Under the pieces are notes generated by a model. It worked only from the letters and a program-made list of their open reading frames with translations. It was not told the DNA's origin and did no database searches. This document shows, one piece after another, positions 1-11,550 of a stretch of DNA of 64,000 nt. This stretch comes from Eledone cirrhosa. Lineage: Eukaryota. The translations under genes were made by a program, and so were the position numbers. Each line of letters begins with the position of its first letter. The first letter of the stretch is position 1. Location: positions 254,510,001-254,574,000 of the forward strand of contig OZ024740.1 in assembly GCA_964016885.1 (NCBI GenBank), in the 5' to 3' direction.

Positions 1-490
1 TTTTTATATTTTTAACATTCTTATTATTCTTCTATATATTTACTCCATATTGATTTACTTATTGTTTCGACTTCCTCCCTCTCACCCTCCCTAGTATACT
101 TTCTCGACCTCTTATCCTTAGGATCCTGCTATAGTTGGCACTATCAACGCACGACTGGGTTTCCTCCACTCCCTCTCCCTCTTTCTTCTACTGGCAAGTT
201 CAGCTACCCCTTCCTTCCATAAAATGCCATGATAGAATTATGTGTCTCAACAACAAACTTTTGACCAATCCTTGTGACAATCACTTTTACCATATATGGA
301 ATTACCCCCTGAGAAGCTCGGCTATTCATGTACCAGGATAAAAATTTTCATTTAGTCCAGAATTAGCCGTCGAAACGGCTTGAGCTCAGCCGTCGGGGTC
401 CTACTCGTTCCTATTACCCACTCTACTACCCTAAGTATTGAGTACTTTGGTGCGTTATGGTCCATCTGGTTCCTTACCACATTTCCTTCG
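1..490 (+). mobile_element. Penelope-like element pseudo-LTR remnant
   Basis: Contains a hammerhead-like motif (304-399) and ends in a (TA)n tract; related pieces recur at 17984-18045. Confidence 0.55.
304..399 (+). ncRNA. Type I hammerhead ribozyme-like motif, degenerate core, long stem II
   Basis: Stem I ACCCC(304-308)/GGGGT(395-399); core CTGAGAA (one change from CTGANGA); stem II CGGCTA/TAGCCG; GAAA; stem III ACGGCT-TGAGCTC-AGCCGT; GTC triplet at 392-394. Confidence 0.65.
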
Positions 491-527
<37 letters not shown>

Positions 528-559
528 CATGTATGCATGTGTATGTATATGCGCAGGCA

Positions 560-885
560 CATAGAAATAATCGGGCTGGATACGCGATCGTGCGGTTAAA
601 CCACTGGGAGTGAAGGACCCCTAGCCTTTTGTCAGGGCAACTCAGGAAACTGGGATAACTCTGGCTCAGTAGTTACCGATGATGTTGATCTTTTCTTTTT
701 TTCGTGTTATAGCTACTGTTGCCCAGAGAGTGAGATTGGCTCAGTGCACAGTCTTTCCTCACTTAAAAAAAAAATGTTCACGCACAGGCATTGCACGATA
801 GAATTAGTTGATAGTTATTAATAATGTTATATCGTGCAATGTCCATACTCAATAACGAGGAGGCAGCCATCATGTATGTATGTAT
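560..885 (+). mobile_element. Unclassified ~320-bp SINE-like repeat with (ATGT)n tail, copy 1
   Basis: Aligns end to end with 2913-3245; its 3' end recurs at 2598-2648; all three end GCCATC-(ATGT)n. Confidence 0.6.
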
Positions 886-2372
886 GAAGGTTCTCCAGAA
901 ACTTGGTTGCCCTGATAAGTTCCTTGCTTTGGGTAGGTCTTTCCATGACGACATGAAGGTTTGGGTCAGAGGTAACATGTCGGAGTCTATCTCAGTAAAA
1001 AATGGAGTGAAACAGGGGGATATTCCAGCACCGACCCTGTTTGCCATATACTTTGCAATGGTTTTCTATATTGCATTCAGAAATTGCGAGCATGGTGTTT
1101 ACATCTATTATTGAACCTCTGGCAGCATATTTAATATTAGGCGCTTTGCTGCAAAAACAAAAGTATTTGCATCAATCATAAGAGACCTTTTGTATTCAGA
1201 TGATTGCGATCTTGTAGCGCACACAGAGATTGATATGCAACACATTTTGAATGCATTTTCTGATGCTTGCACTGCCCTAGGATTGACTGTCAATCTCAAG
1301 AAAACCGTCATCATGTACCAACCTGCCTCTGGTAAGCAGTACAGTGAACCAAATATCTATGCGTATTGTAAACGACTTGGAGTGGTTGATCAGTTTGTCT
1401 ACCTGGGAAGCACTGTCAATCGATACAGCAATCTTGATAATGAAATTCCACTCAGGATTAGGAAAGCAAGTGATGCTTTCGGAAAGCTAGAAAGGCGCCT
1501 CTGGGGTCGGCGAGACATATGCAAGAAGACAAAGGTAAAGGTGTACAATGCATGTGTGCTCTCTTCTCATTTTTATGCCTGCGAGACCTGGGTCACATAT
1601 CGACACCACCTTAAACAATTCGAGCGTTTCCATCAGATGTGTTTCAGACGGATCCATGGCGTTCACTGGAGGGACCACATCAGTGATGTCGAGAATTTGG
1701 AAAGCTCTCTGTGTGGTAGTATAGAAGCTCTTGTGCTTAAGCAAAGAATCCGATGGAGTGGTTACCTTGCCAGGATGAAGGATTCTAGAATACCGAAACT
1801 CTTTTATGGAGAGTTAGTTAAAGGAAAACGACCTCCACATAAACCCCCAAAATGAGGTATAAGGATTCGTTGAAAGCCTCTTTGAAAGACGCTAACTTCT
1901 CTGCTGATACATGGGAAAATGTTGCTGCTGATCGTAATAAATGGAGAAAGACTGTATATGAGGGAAAAGTTGCCTTTGAGGCACCTCGAATCGCATACGA
2001 GAAAGTAAAAAGGAATGTGAGGAAGGGCATTGCTGCTGCATTTCCAGACAGCGAAGGTCCTCCTATGGCGCTGACATGCAGCATCTGTGCGAGACTCTGC
2101 CTCAGCAAAACTGGACTCGAAAGTCATCATCGCAGTCATAAAGTGAGACCAATGGTTGACTACCAGGCTGCTGTTGGAGATGCTACTCATAATGCATGCC
2201 AAGCATGTGGAAGAGAGTGTAGATCAGCAGGAGGGCTCAAACGACATGCAAAAGTACATGAACTCAAACCACAGCCGGCTATTCCCAGTGAATATTTTGG
2301 TTGCCAACTCTGTACAAGACATTTTAGATCATTGGCTGGGCTAAAAAGCCACATTCGATCGAGGCACCGTTA
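886..2372 (+). pseudogene. RTE-clade LINE 3' portion: RT C-terminal half plus three C2H2 zinc fingers, frameshifted
   Basis: GVKQGD..APTLF, LYSDD (YADD-type), FVYLGS, YACETW, RIRWSG, then CxxC..H..H motifs in ORFs 824-1114, 1190-1855 and 1852-2484. Confidence 0.9.
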
Positions 2373-2912
2373 TTTGTTATTGTGTGTGTGTGCGTATAAG
2401 TATGTGTGTGTGTGTGTGTGGGGGGGGGGGGTATGTATGTGTGTGTATGCGTTTATGTATATGCATGTGTATATTTATATATAGATATGTATATGTGTAT
2501 GTATGTGTATGTATATATATATATATATATATATCATTTTTTTTCTATTATTATTATTATTGACGTTATTGTTATTATTATATTGTTTTTTTTTCCTCGT
2601 GCAATGGCCATACTCAATAATGAGGGGGAAGCCATCATGTATGTATGTCGGGTCACTCTTGAGTGCTACTGGCAACATGTAACCCAGTACAACCTGTCGC
2701 ATGGTCGGGTCGTCGGCGACTAAACCGCCAACCCCACAAAGTTTATTTGGTGAGGAGGGTGATTTTGGACACCCTGCAGAACAAAAAACAAAACCTGACG
2801 AATGGCGGAAAAAGTCATACGAATCAACGGCCATCCAAAAGTGTGTAAATATGTATATACACATGTACATATGTATGTATATGTGTATATACATGTATGC
2901 ATGTGTATGTAC

Positions 2913-3245
2913 ATATAAATAAGCGGACTGGATACCCGATCGCGCGGAATGAAGGACCCCTAGCCTTTGCCAGGGCATTCTTTTAGGAGAAGGCAACTCA
3001 GGAAACTGGGATAACTGCGACATAAAACCTGCGGCTCAGCACTTACCGATGATGTTGATCTTTTCTTTTTTTCGGGTTATAACTGCTGTCGCCTAGAGAG
3101 TGGGATTGGCTCAGTGCACAGTCTTTTCTCACTTTAAAAAATATCTTCACGCACAGGCATTGCACGATAGAATTAATTGATAATTAATAATGTTATATCG
3201 TGCAATGGCTATACTCAATAACGAAGGGCAGCCATCATGTATGTA
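2913..3245 (+). mobile_element. Unclassified SINE-like repeat with (ATGT)n tail, second full copy
   Basis: Same 5' start (ACATA.AAATAA.CGG.CTGGATAC) and 3' end as 560-885; internal inverted repeat 3158-3169/3196-3207. Confidence 0.6.
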
Positions 3246-4062
3246 ACACTCTTATCTGTCTATGCACCAACCCTACAGGCCAGTGAAATGGTCCTTGATT
3301 ATTTCTATGAGTCACTTCGTGCTGACGATAAGTTATTACTTCTCGGTGATTTTAATGCTCGTGTGGGTAGTGATCACGAGACATGGGGCGCACTCGGTCC
3401 ATTCGTTAACGGTAAAATAAACACCGGCGGCCTGGGGCTGCTTGAACTCTGCTCAGAACTCAACTTAACCTTCTGCAACAGTCTTTTTCATCAGAAGCTC
3501 AAATATAAAGCTACCTGGTATCATCCAAGGTCCAAGCATAAACACATGATTGATTTCATCAGCACCCATAAACGAGATCTAAGTGATACATGTACAGTGC
3601 GTGTGTTGTATAGTGCAGAATTGACCCCCAAATTAGTGCGAGGAAAGTTCAAGATGAGTATCCGCAAAATAATTCGTATGAGTGGAGTGATGTCACCAAA
3701 TTGAGGTAACCTTAACTGAAAGACTTGATAGTCTTGATTTTGATGGCATCTGGGAAAACTTTAGAGATCAGGTTTATTCAGTGGGAGCTGAGGTACTTGG
3801 CTTCAGAACCAAGAAACACCAAGACTGGTTTGATGACAATGATCCTAATATCAACCAGCTACTGAAAACAAAGCACACTCTCTATGAAAATCCCCTGAAT
3901 CAGAATCCCGTAGCACAACCAGCTGTCAAGAAAACCTACAAAAAATCACACGGCAACACTGCAATGTGAACTACACAGGATGAAAAATGAATGGTGGAAT
4001 AACATCTCAGAAATGCAACAGGCTTTTAACACGAAAAGTTCGCAGTCATTTTACTCATTACT
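3246..4062 (+). pseudogene. RTE-clade LINE APE endonuclease and linker fragment
   Basis: SVYAPT, LLGDFNARVG, TWYHPRSKHKHMIDF, HQDWFDDND motifs. Confidence 0.9.
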
Positions 4063-4070
4063 TTTCTGTA

Positions 4071-5217
4071 TCTCACCTGGCGGCAATTGATTGTATATAT
4101 TTCTTATGACGTCGCACAACATTCCTCTCTTTTTGTGTCTGTATGTCTGGCTGTCTGCATTAGATAACGTTTTTCGAAATATTTACTTCTGCGTTCACAG
4201 ACGGATATTTTTAATTTCAGAAGATCCCGTTAAGGGTGAAAGCAGCGATTCTTTGCTTAAACTTTAATCTATTATTTTAATATATATATTCGTGTACAGA
4301 TATTTTTGCACACACAAAAACAAAAACCTATTTATTTCACAAAGCACAGACGGCTTATCGTCATTATTACTGTTCGAGGTTAGAGGACCACAGTCTTTCC
4401 AAGATCTGAGAACCATCAATGGCCATCAATGATGCGTGGTATGTTACACGATGACAGCCATTCGCACCTCACCCTGCAAGAAGCAGCAACTGTTAAAGTC
4501 CCTTCTCAGCTGCAAAAACATTTTGCTATTGAGCTGCACAACTGCGATCTCGCCGACCCTCTCGCACTGTGGAACAACCACCGTGAAAGTCTAGCTGAGG
4601 ACATCCTCCACCGCACACGCAGACACAATCCAAACGTAACATACGATGTCGTTTTCAACGAGGCGCTCATTTGTCTTGAAAACAGTGTCCTGGAGATTGG
4701 TGGTAGGCCTCTAAGTCACTACAGCTTACCTGCTTCTGACAGGAGTGTCCAGAGGTCAACGTCTACAGAGCTTCTCCGCGAGACGAGCTACGAAATCAGC
4801 GATTCTCCCATGGTCAATTGTATGTAGGATGTTCTAGGGTGAGCTCGCCAAACAATCACTTCATCTTTGCTCAGGAGGGCCGAACAAAAAAAATTGTATA
4901 CTCTGAGGCTCTAACAATGTAATTTAAATATTTTCTGTTACTTGGAATTTCCATTATGGTTGTACAAATTATTGTTTGTTAAAAAATGTGTTCTCTGTTC
5001 AGCCTTTATTGCTGTAACTATCAATTTTCTTTAACGTACTGGTTGCTGAACTGGGGAATCTTAAAAACTATTCAAACCCAACATCAGAGCACATTACCCC
5101 CCCCCCCCGCTGACTTGAGAGGGCGTGCGGTATCTTTACACTGGAGTGGAGGAGGGATTCCTGAAAAGATAAAATGCCGGTATACCTAGCCAGGCGCCAG
5201 CCGGACGGGCCAGCTAG
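4071..5217 (+). mobile_element. Internally deleted Helitron
   Basis: Rep-Hel linker fragment (TLQEAA, DPLALW, LAEDIL) joined at ~4803 to the helicase C-terminus (FSHGQLYVGCSRV); GC-rich stretch then CTAG(5214-5217) followed by T. The 5' TC at 4071 is tentative. Confidence 0.8.
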
Positions 5218-6502
5218 TATTATATAATATTCAATGACCTCCCCTAGATTTAATAATAGCCGCCGTTTTTATTTTATTTTATTTTTTTTTTATTTTATTA
5301 TAATTTAACTTAGTTTAATTTAATTAAACCTCATAAATAACTTCAATTAAGCATAAATTCTTCCTGACTATATTTTTTCTAGCTAAGTTTGATTATGTAC
5401 AACCACCTCCTATCTAATTTACTACCTATTTGTCTATCTTCATACTATTTTCGCCGATATGTGGGCGTCGGTGGGGTGTATTATTCTATCGACCGGTAAC
5501 CTGTGGTATTTGGAGTAACACGCTGTTCAGACTAACTATGGCCATGAACTAGAGTGCTTGAAAATTGACTAATTAATTAATGAATTTTCTCCTCTCTTCA
5601 GTTTTGAATATACTCGGACAATTACAGCCCAGTTACTTTGGACTTCACAATGATACACTCGACTACCGGACTGGTCGAAAATAAACCACAACAATTCTAG
5701 CCCCCAAGGCCAAAGAGCATATACTCACGAAGGAGTTAAACAACCACTTAATATACTTTCGTAAATCCGGGCCATTGGAGATACAAAAAGAACTGCCTTT
5801 ATTTAACAAGTTATGGTAAACACTATGATTTCTCAAAAGTCTTATTATTAATGCAACCTTCAACCATTATTCTTTGTTAGACAATATTATTATATGCTCC
5901 CTTTAAGTACCATCGCGGTAGACTGAGTTGTCTGAAAGGCAACCGACAGATTAGAATCTTGTTATCTCTACGGCAGTGTAGTCAAAACTATAATTAAGGA
6001 TGTGTATGTCGCCACTTGACCGAACCTACCCCGTCTACCACACCTACCAGCCCAAAAAGCTAGCATCAAGTATTATTCGGGGACAACTGCTTTTTTGGCA
6101 GGCAGTCCTCGAATCGAATTTTCGATCTTCAATTTGCTATTTTCTATTTTCTTTTCCCTATCTTCCAATATATCTTTGGGTTCAAAGTAATCCTGTTAAG
6201 TAATTCTGTGGAGGATGCCTGATGAGATCGTCCTGTTTTGCATCATAATTGGATGATGGAGTTGGGCCATTGAAATATGTATAATGATTTCACTGAATTA
6301 AAATTCTAAAGCAAATTTTCCATTCCGGCCTTCGGTTGTTGTTTAATGAATACTTTACTCCATTCCTGCACCAACCACTGGATACCACATCTACGATGGA
6401 TGACTCGCATAATGTTGAGTGCTTTTATTAATTTGTTACATTATGGTTTACCAACCAGAACCACAAGTTTTACCCATTGCTAATCAAACTAACTTAAATG
6501 GT

Positions 6503-6640
<138 letters not shown>

Positions 6641-7766
6641 ACGATTCGGTCTTTGAAGGTCCAAGACGGACGCGTGATACGTGAGCCGAAGCAGATGTGC
6701 GCGGCCTTTCAGCGGCACTTTGCTCAGCTGTTCGGGCAGGGCGGCGCGCCGGGAGGGACTATCGATTTCGGTCCATACTTCGACGGCCTACCGCGACTCT
6801 CGGACACCGAGGCGAAGTTCTGCGAAAAGCCGATTTCAGCCGCTGAGATAGGGGACGCGCTGAGCCAATGCCGCAAACGCAAATCTCCAGGTCTCGACGG
6901 TCTACCCTACGAATTTTACGTAGCAATGCCGGACTTGTTCTCCGGTCTCCTGGAAGCGGTCTACTGCAACTGGCAGAAGAACGGGAGAATTCCCAGTTCT
7001 GTGACTAGGGCGTAGTCACACTAATCAGGAAGGACGAGAATAAGGGGGATGACATAAGCAACTTCCAGCCCATAACTCTGCTAAACACAGAGTTACAGAT
7101 TTTGGCCAAGGTGTTGGCAAAGAGGCTGGCGCCGTCAAAAACCTGGTGAGAGAAGCGCAGACATGTGCAATCCCGACCAGCTCCATACACGACAACCTCC
7201 ACCTCATGCGATACATCATAGAGAGGGTAGGGTGTAAACCTGGCTTAGGTGGGGCCCTGATCAACTTGGATCAGTATAAGGCTTTCGATAGGGTTGACCA
7301 TCGTTACCTGGATGCGGTGCTCGAGGCGGCAGGCTTCGGACCCGTGTTCAGGGTTGGATTGCTGCAATGCACAACAGCAACATCTGCTCAAGGGTCAAGG
7401 TGAACGGCTACCCCTCGGAGCCGTTCCATATCACGCGATCCATCCGACAGGGATGCCCTCTCTCCTCCCTTCTGTACGTACTGACTCTAGAGCCACTACT
7501 GCGGAAGTTGGAGCTATTGCAGGGCATCGCTCTATAACCGGGGCTGCAGAAAGCGGCGTCGGCCTACGCCGACGACGTGATAGTAATGGTGTCGAGCACC
7601 TCGCAAACTGAGGAAGTAGGCACCTTACTGAAGGAATACGAAAGGTTCACAGGAGCGAAGCTGAACCGGGACAAGTCCGTCGGTTTGCAACTCGGATCAT
7701 GGAGAGGCAAACCGATGCCTTCCGATGGTGTCATCGGACGCTGGACGGGAGGACCGGTGAAGCTGT
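6641..7766 (+). pseudogene. L1/Tx1-type LINE ORF2 RT fragment
   Basis: KSPGLDGLPYEFY, LDQYKAFDRVDH, QGCPLS, AYADD motifs with frameshifts. Confidence 0.9.
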
Positions 7767-7810
7767 TTACATGTCCAAATAGTTAGATCATTTGTGTAAT
7801 AATATACATT

Positions 7811-7975
7811 ATTGTGTTAAAAGTTAATCCCTTATATACAATGCTATTAATTTATATACTTAATTATAAATGTATATATAATTTATTATTATTATATTGT
7901 GTTAAAAGTAAATCCCTTATATACAATACTATTAATTTAAATATTTAATTATAAATGTATATATAATTTATTATT
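7811..7975. repeat. ~85-bp AT-rich tandem duplication
   Basis: ATTGTGTTAAAAGT.AATCCCTTATATACAAT... occurs at 7811 and 7896. Confidence 0.85.
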
Positions 7976-7979
7976 ACAT

Positions 7980-8760
7980 ATTACATTAAATGTCTCTACA
8001 TATTATATATCCATTACTGTATATAATAAAATTAAGCTATAGTAGTTATATTAAAAGGTGGTAACTTTATGTTTATTTCTAATAGTTATTGTAGAGTATA
8101 AGGTTAGAGATAAATAGGATTTGTGTAGAGGAAATAGCTGATCAAAGAGTGTGTTGCTGTGGGGAGTTGATAAGTCCTAGAGGTGAAGTGTTAATGGTGG
8201 TGAGGAATTCAAATCAGACATTGTTATATACTAGCAGCTAGGTTTAAAGTCATGGAACGAGTGTCGGTAGTGGTGCTGGCATGAGGAAAATACCTCTGAT
8301 TTTCTATTTAGGAGGTCTAGTTTCGAAAAGATTATAGTACGGGTCTCTAGAAGACAGAGGTTACACAATTTATTCGGTGGTTTATACGATGCGGCCCTAC
8401 CTAGTACTTCCCATTGAAGTGTAAATGGTCTATTCCTAGTTTTCAGAGAGTGTACGTAGCTAGATAAAGAAGTGGAGGTGGCTAGATTGTGTTTTTTGAA
8501 AGAGTGGAGGTGCGACTTGTATCTCGTCTTGAAGCAGTTCGAAGTAGAGCAATATATGTTTTAGAAGAGTTGTTTGCGTTGACCGTGCATGAGTAAATGA
8601 TGTCTTTGATTAAGCAATTATTACCTAAGGAGAAAGTTCTATTAGTTCTACAGTTACATTTATTCTGGATGTTTGCTTGCCGGTTACTATGTTGTGTTGA
8701 AGTCTGGTTGCTAGGGATAGCATTAGGGTAATGATGGTTGTCATTCATATTGTTATTGAT
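7980..8760 (-). mobile_element. Neptune-type Penelope-like element, GIY-YIG endonuclease end plus 3' region
   Basis: CNCR..LGNNCL..IIY..KTYI in ORF 8482-8748, continuing after a frameshift as TSLSSYVHSLK..WEVLGRAASY..CNLCLLE..LNRKSE. Confidence 0.8.
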
Positions 8761-9366
8761 TCATTAATGCTATTACCATTATTACTATTATTACTACTAG
8801 GATTTACAGGTACTAAGTTCACCTCCTTCTGTGTTTTAATTAGTTGGAAATAATTATTAATCTTCCTTTTATTACTACTAGCTATATGGTAGGCGATGTT
8901 AGGTGTGGTAGAGTAAGAGATTTTAATGGTATTTTTATTGATAAGATTATGGTACTTCTGTCCGGATGGGAAGTTTTTTTTAATACATTAACACATTTGC
9001 TTGCCATATTTATGTATCTATATATGCATAATACCTTTGCTTATTTCATTCTCATATGTATGACTAACGCATGTGCACTTTCTACACGCTTGCATATGTA
9101 CTGCTAATGTACTTTCTCAATGCTTCTTTCTCAATGCCTCTTTAATTATTAGACTATTTTCTTGTATTATCTGTCGTACGTATTCCACTCTGTGCTTTAA
9201 TTTGAATTTTTTGAATTTTTTGAATTTTTGTACAATTCTCGTATAATATATGTCGCATCCATTACACCCTGTAAATACGAAACTGTTGCTCACAACATCA
9301 ATATATATGTATCTATATGATTGTTCAGTTGAATAGGAGGTTAATTATATGTACAAACATTGATAA

Positions 9367-9413
9367 TGCTCCGATGACTCCAAACGAAAGTTTGGAAGAA
9401 ACGATTGTCAGCA
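9367..9413 (+). ncRNA. Type I hammerhead ribozyme (CCGATGA core) in a PLE pseudo-LTR
   Basis: TGCT-CCGATGA-C-TCCAAAC-GAAA-GTTTGGA-A-GAAA-CGATTG-TC-AGCA. Confidence 0.85.
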
Positions 9414-9597
9414 ATTAAATTATTTGAACATAACTTTGATAATTGTGTAATTTATATTTTACTGGAAATAAGGTAGTAGGATATTACTGACCTTTCCTGT
9501 TTATAGTTGTTTATAGTATATACATAACTATAAATAGTATCATTATTATTATTATTATATATATATATAAACAAAATTAACTCGAATATTTTGAAAC

Positions 9598-10030
9598 GCG
9601 AGTGTATTAGAATTCATAGGAAAATGGAAAAACTCGGCGTAAGGAATCTGTTAAAATAGCAAAATGCCGACCGAAATGGCGCTGGGTAAAACATTACCTC
9701 GTAGGATAGACATCAGCGGCTCGAAGTAAGTTGGCTCGAAGAATTCTCTAACCTGTCCCAACACAAACATTATACCAACGGAGATATTTATTTCTCCGTT
9801 GTTACGAGTCACCTATCGTCCGTAGTCCTCTCAGTCAAATCGTTGAAACTGCGGGTGGTCTCAAATCTGATGAGTGTATTTAAATGTATGTAACCTCTTA
9901 TCATCCATTCTATTTCTATTTCTTCCTTCATATCAATTCTTTAAATCAATGTATTACCTTACGCCATTTCATTGGCATTTTCCTTACGCCGAGCTTTTCC
10001 AATTTCCAATAGCCGAAATGCGATACTCGC
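9598..10030. repeat. Segment bounded by imperfect ~70-85-bp inverted repeats, between TA tracts
   Basis: GCGAGT..GGAAAA(A)CTCGGCGTAAGGAA..GAAATGGCG (9598-9681) versus its reverse complement at 9962-10030. Confidence 0.7.
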
Positions 10031-10036
10031 TAATTT

Positions 10037-10093
<57 letters not shown>

Positions 10094-10099
<6 letters not shown>

Positions 10100-10278
10100 G
10101 AAGAAACCGGAACAGTTTTCTCTAAGTTCCTTAGACTCTGAAGAAGGGAATTTTAAGTCCCGAAATGATAGGACAAAAGAAACGACAGCAACAAAAACAA
10201 ACAAAGATTACCAGGTAATTAAATTTTTCGTTACCTTCATCTTATCCATTTTGAATTGTTTAGCCTTATAGTTTCAAC

Positions 10279-10280
<2 letters not shown>
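10094..10280 (+). mobile_element. PLE pseudo-LTR, inverted near-identical copy of 10821-11007
   Basis: Reverse-complement match with about one mismatch; contains CTGAAGA-A-GGGA..TCCC-GAAA. Confidence 0.8.
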
Positions 10281-10340
<60 letters not shown>

Positions 10341-10343
<3 letters not shown>

Positions 10344-10815
10344 CTGCCATGTCCTGCATCTCCAACAGACCAGTGTCTGTCCTTAGGGCATCAACATACG
10401 TTAACCTTGGTCTTCCTCTTCCAGTGTGTCCATGTAGGGGCTCCCAAAGGAGCACTGAGTGCAATGTCAACTCTGGATGTCGGTGAGCATGTCCAGCCAA
10501 CCTCAGTCTCCTCTGTGTCACTTTTGAGCTGACTTTTGGGATGCTCCCATACAGCTCTGAGTTTTTCATCCTCAGTGTATACTGATTAATGTTCAGAGCC
10601 ATCCTCAGCATTCTCGTGTAGCACTCATCCACCATCTGAGTGAGTTTCTTGGTCAGTGTCCAAGTCTCAGACCCATACAGCAGCACAGACTCCACTACAG
10701 CAACGAAGATGCTGTTGGAGATGCAGGATATGGCAGCGATGATGAGGGACAGAGACCGCTGGAGAGAACTCGTCCATCGATCTCGGGAATTTTACCCGCC
10801 TTAGATAGATAGATA
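10341..10815 (+). mobile_element. 5'-inverted, truncated RTE-like LINE 3' end with (TAGA)n tail
   Basis: 10341-10710 is antisense (LLYGSETW, RRLRLAGH, GRGRP); 10712-10815 is sense and continues the same protein (LLEMQDMAAMMRDRDRWREL..stop) into the tail. Confidence 0.85.
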
Positions 10816-10820
10816 TATAT

Positions 10821-11285
10821 ATGTTGAAACTATAAGGCTAAACAATTCAAAATGGATAAGATGAAGGTAACGAAAAATTTAATTACCTGGTAATCTTTGT
10901 TTGTTTTTGTTGCTGTCGTTTCTTTTGTCCTATCATTTCGGGACTTAAAATTCCCTTCTTCAGAGTCTAAGGAACTTAGAGAAAACTGTTTCGGTTTCTT
11001 CACTTTAGAATGAAATTTATATTAACATTTTATGAACCATTTACAAGCGTTTTTGTTCACGATAAGCTCGAAGATGATGTCAGTTGCCGATGTTATATTT
11101 CACGGAATGAATTTCCTTGCATGAGATGTTGTTTATGTAGCATCTGGGTGTGTATTTTAAGTCAAGTATTGTGTGCTGAGTTCTAATCTGTATGAGCAAG
11201 GCTTCCTTAATCCTTAAATTGCCCACATTTCTCTCACTGGCTTTAATAGTGACTTTTATATTTTTGTTGGTGTTTCTGCATGTGT

Positions 11286-11288
<3 letters not shown>
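10821..11288 (-). mobile_element. Penelope-like element 3' end (GIY-YIG C-terminus plus pseudo-LTR)
   Basis: IKASERNVGNLRIKEALLIQ motif followed by a hammerhead-like core; flanked by (TA)n. Confidence 0.7.
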
Positions 11289-11330
<42 letters not shown>

Positions 11331-11333
<3 letters not shown>

Positions 11334-11550
11334 GATAACAAGTTATCGTTATAGGTAATCCAGTTAGAGGTTGTGAATACTCCGTATTGTGGATAGTTTT
11401 AGCGTACGGCGTTGTTTGACTCAACAAGAGGTTTCTTTAGGTAGCGAGTATATAAGTTCTCGGGAGTTCCTATGTAAGTTAATCTTGGAGTATATATAGT
11501 GAAAGAGTGAAGAATAACATGATCAACAGTACAAGAAGGGTTTTATTTAC
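11331..11550 (-). mobile_element. PLE pseudo-LTR 3' part related to 44760-44940
   Basis: Shares CTTGTTGAGTCAAAC..ATCCAC..CGGAGTA..CTAACTGGA..ACCTATAAC..TGTTA.CCT ending at (TA)n. Confidence 0.6.

Noticed and set aside
2650-2850. GC-richer segment resembling a LINE 5' UTR with a possible HDV-like ribozyme
   Set aside because: No nested double pseudoknot or catalytic J4/2 could be fitted.
2372-2920. ORFs rich in YI/CV/MY repeats here and throughout (e.g. 17563, 18199, 43648, 45628, 59410)
   Set aside because: Stop-free translations of microsatellites, not genes.
6215-6285. CTGATGA...GAAA hammerhead-like spacing
   Set aside because: Stems I and III do not pair convincingly.
9867-9873. Isolated CTGATGA (also at 61317)
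   Set aside because: No adjacent stem II/GAAA/stem III; could equally be a chance or C/D-box-like match.
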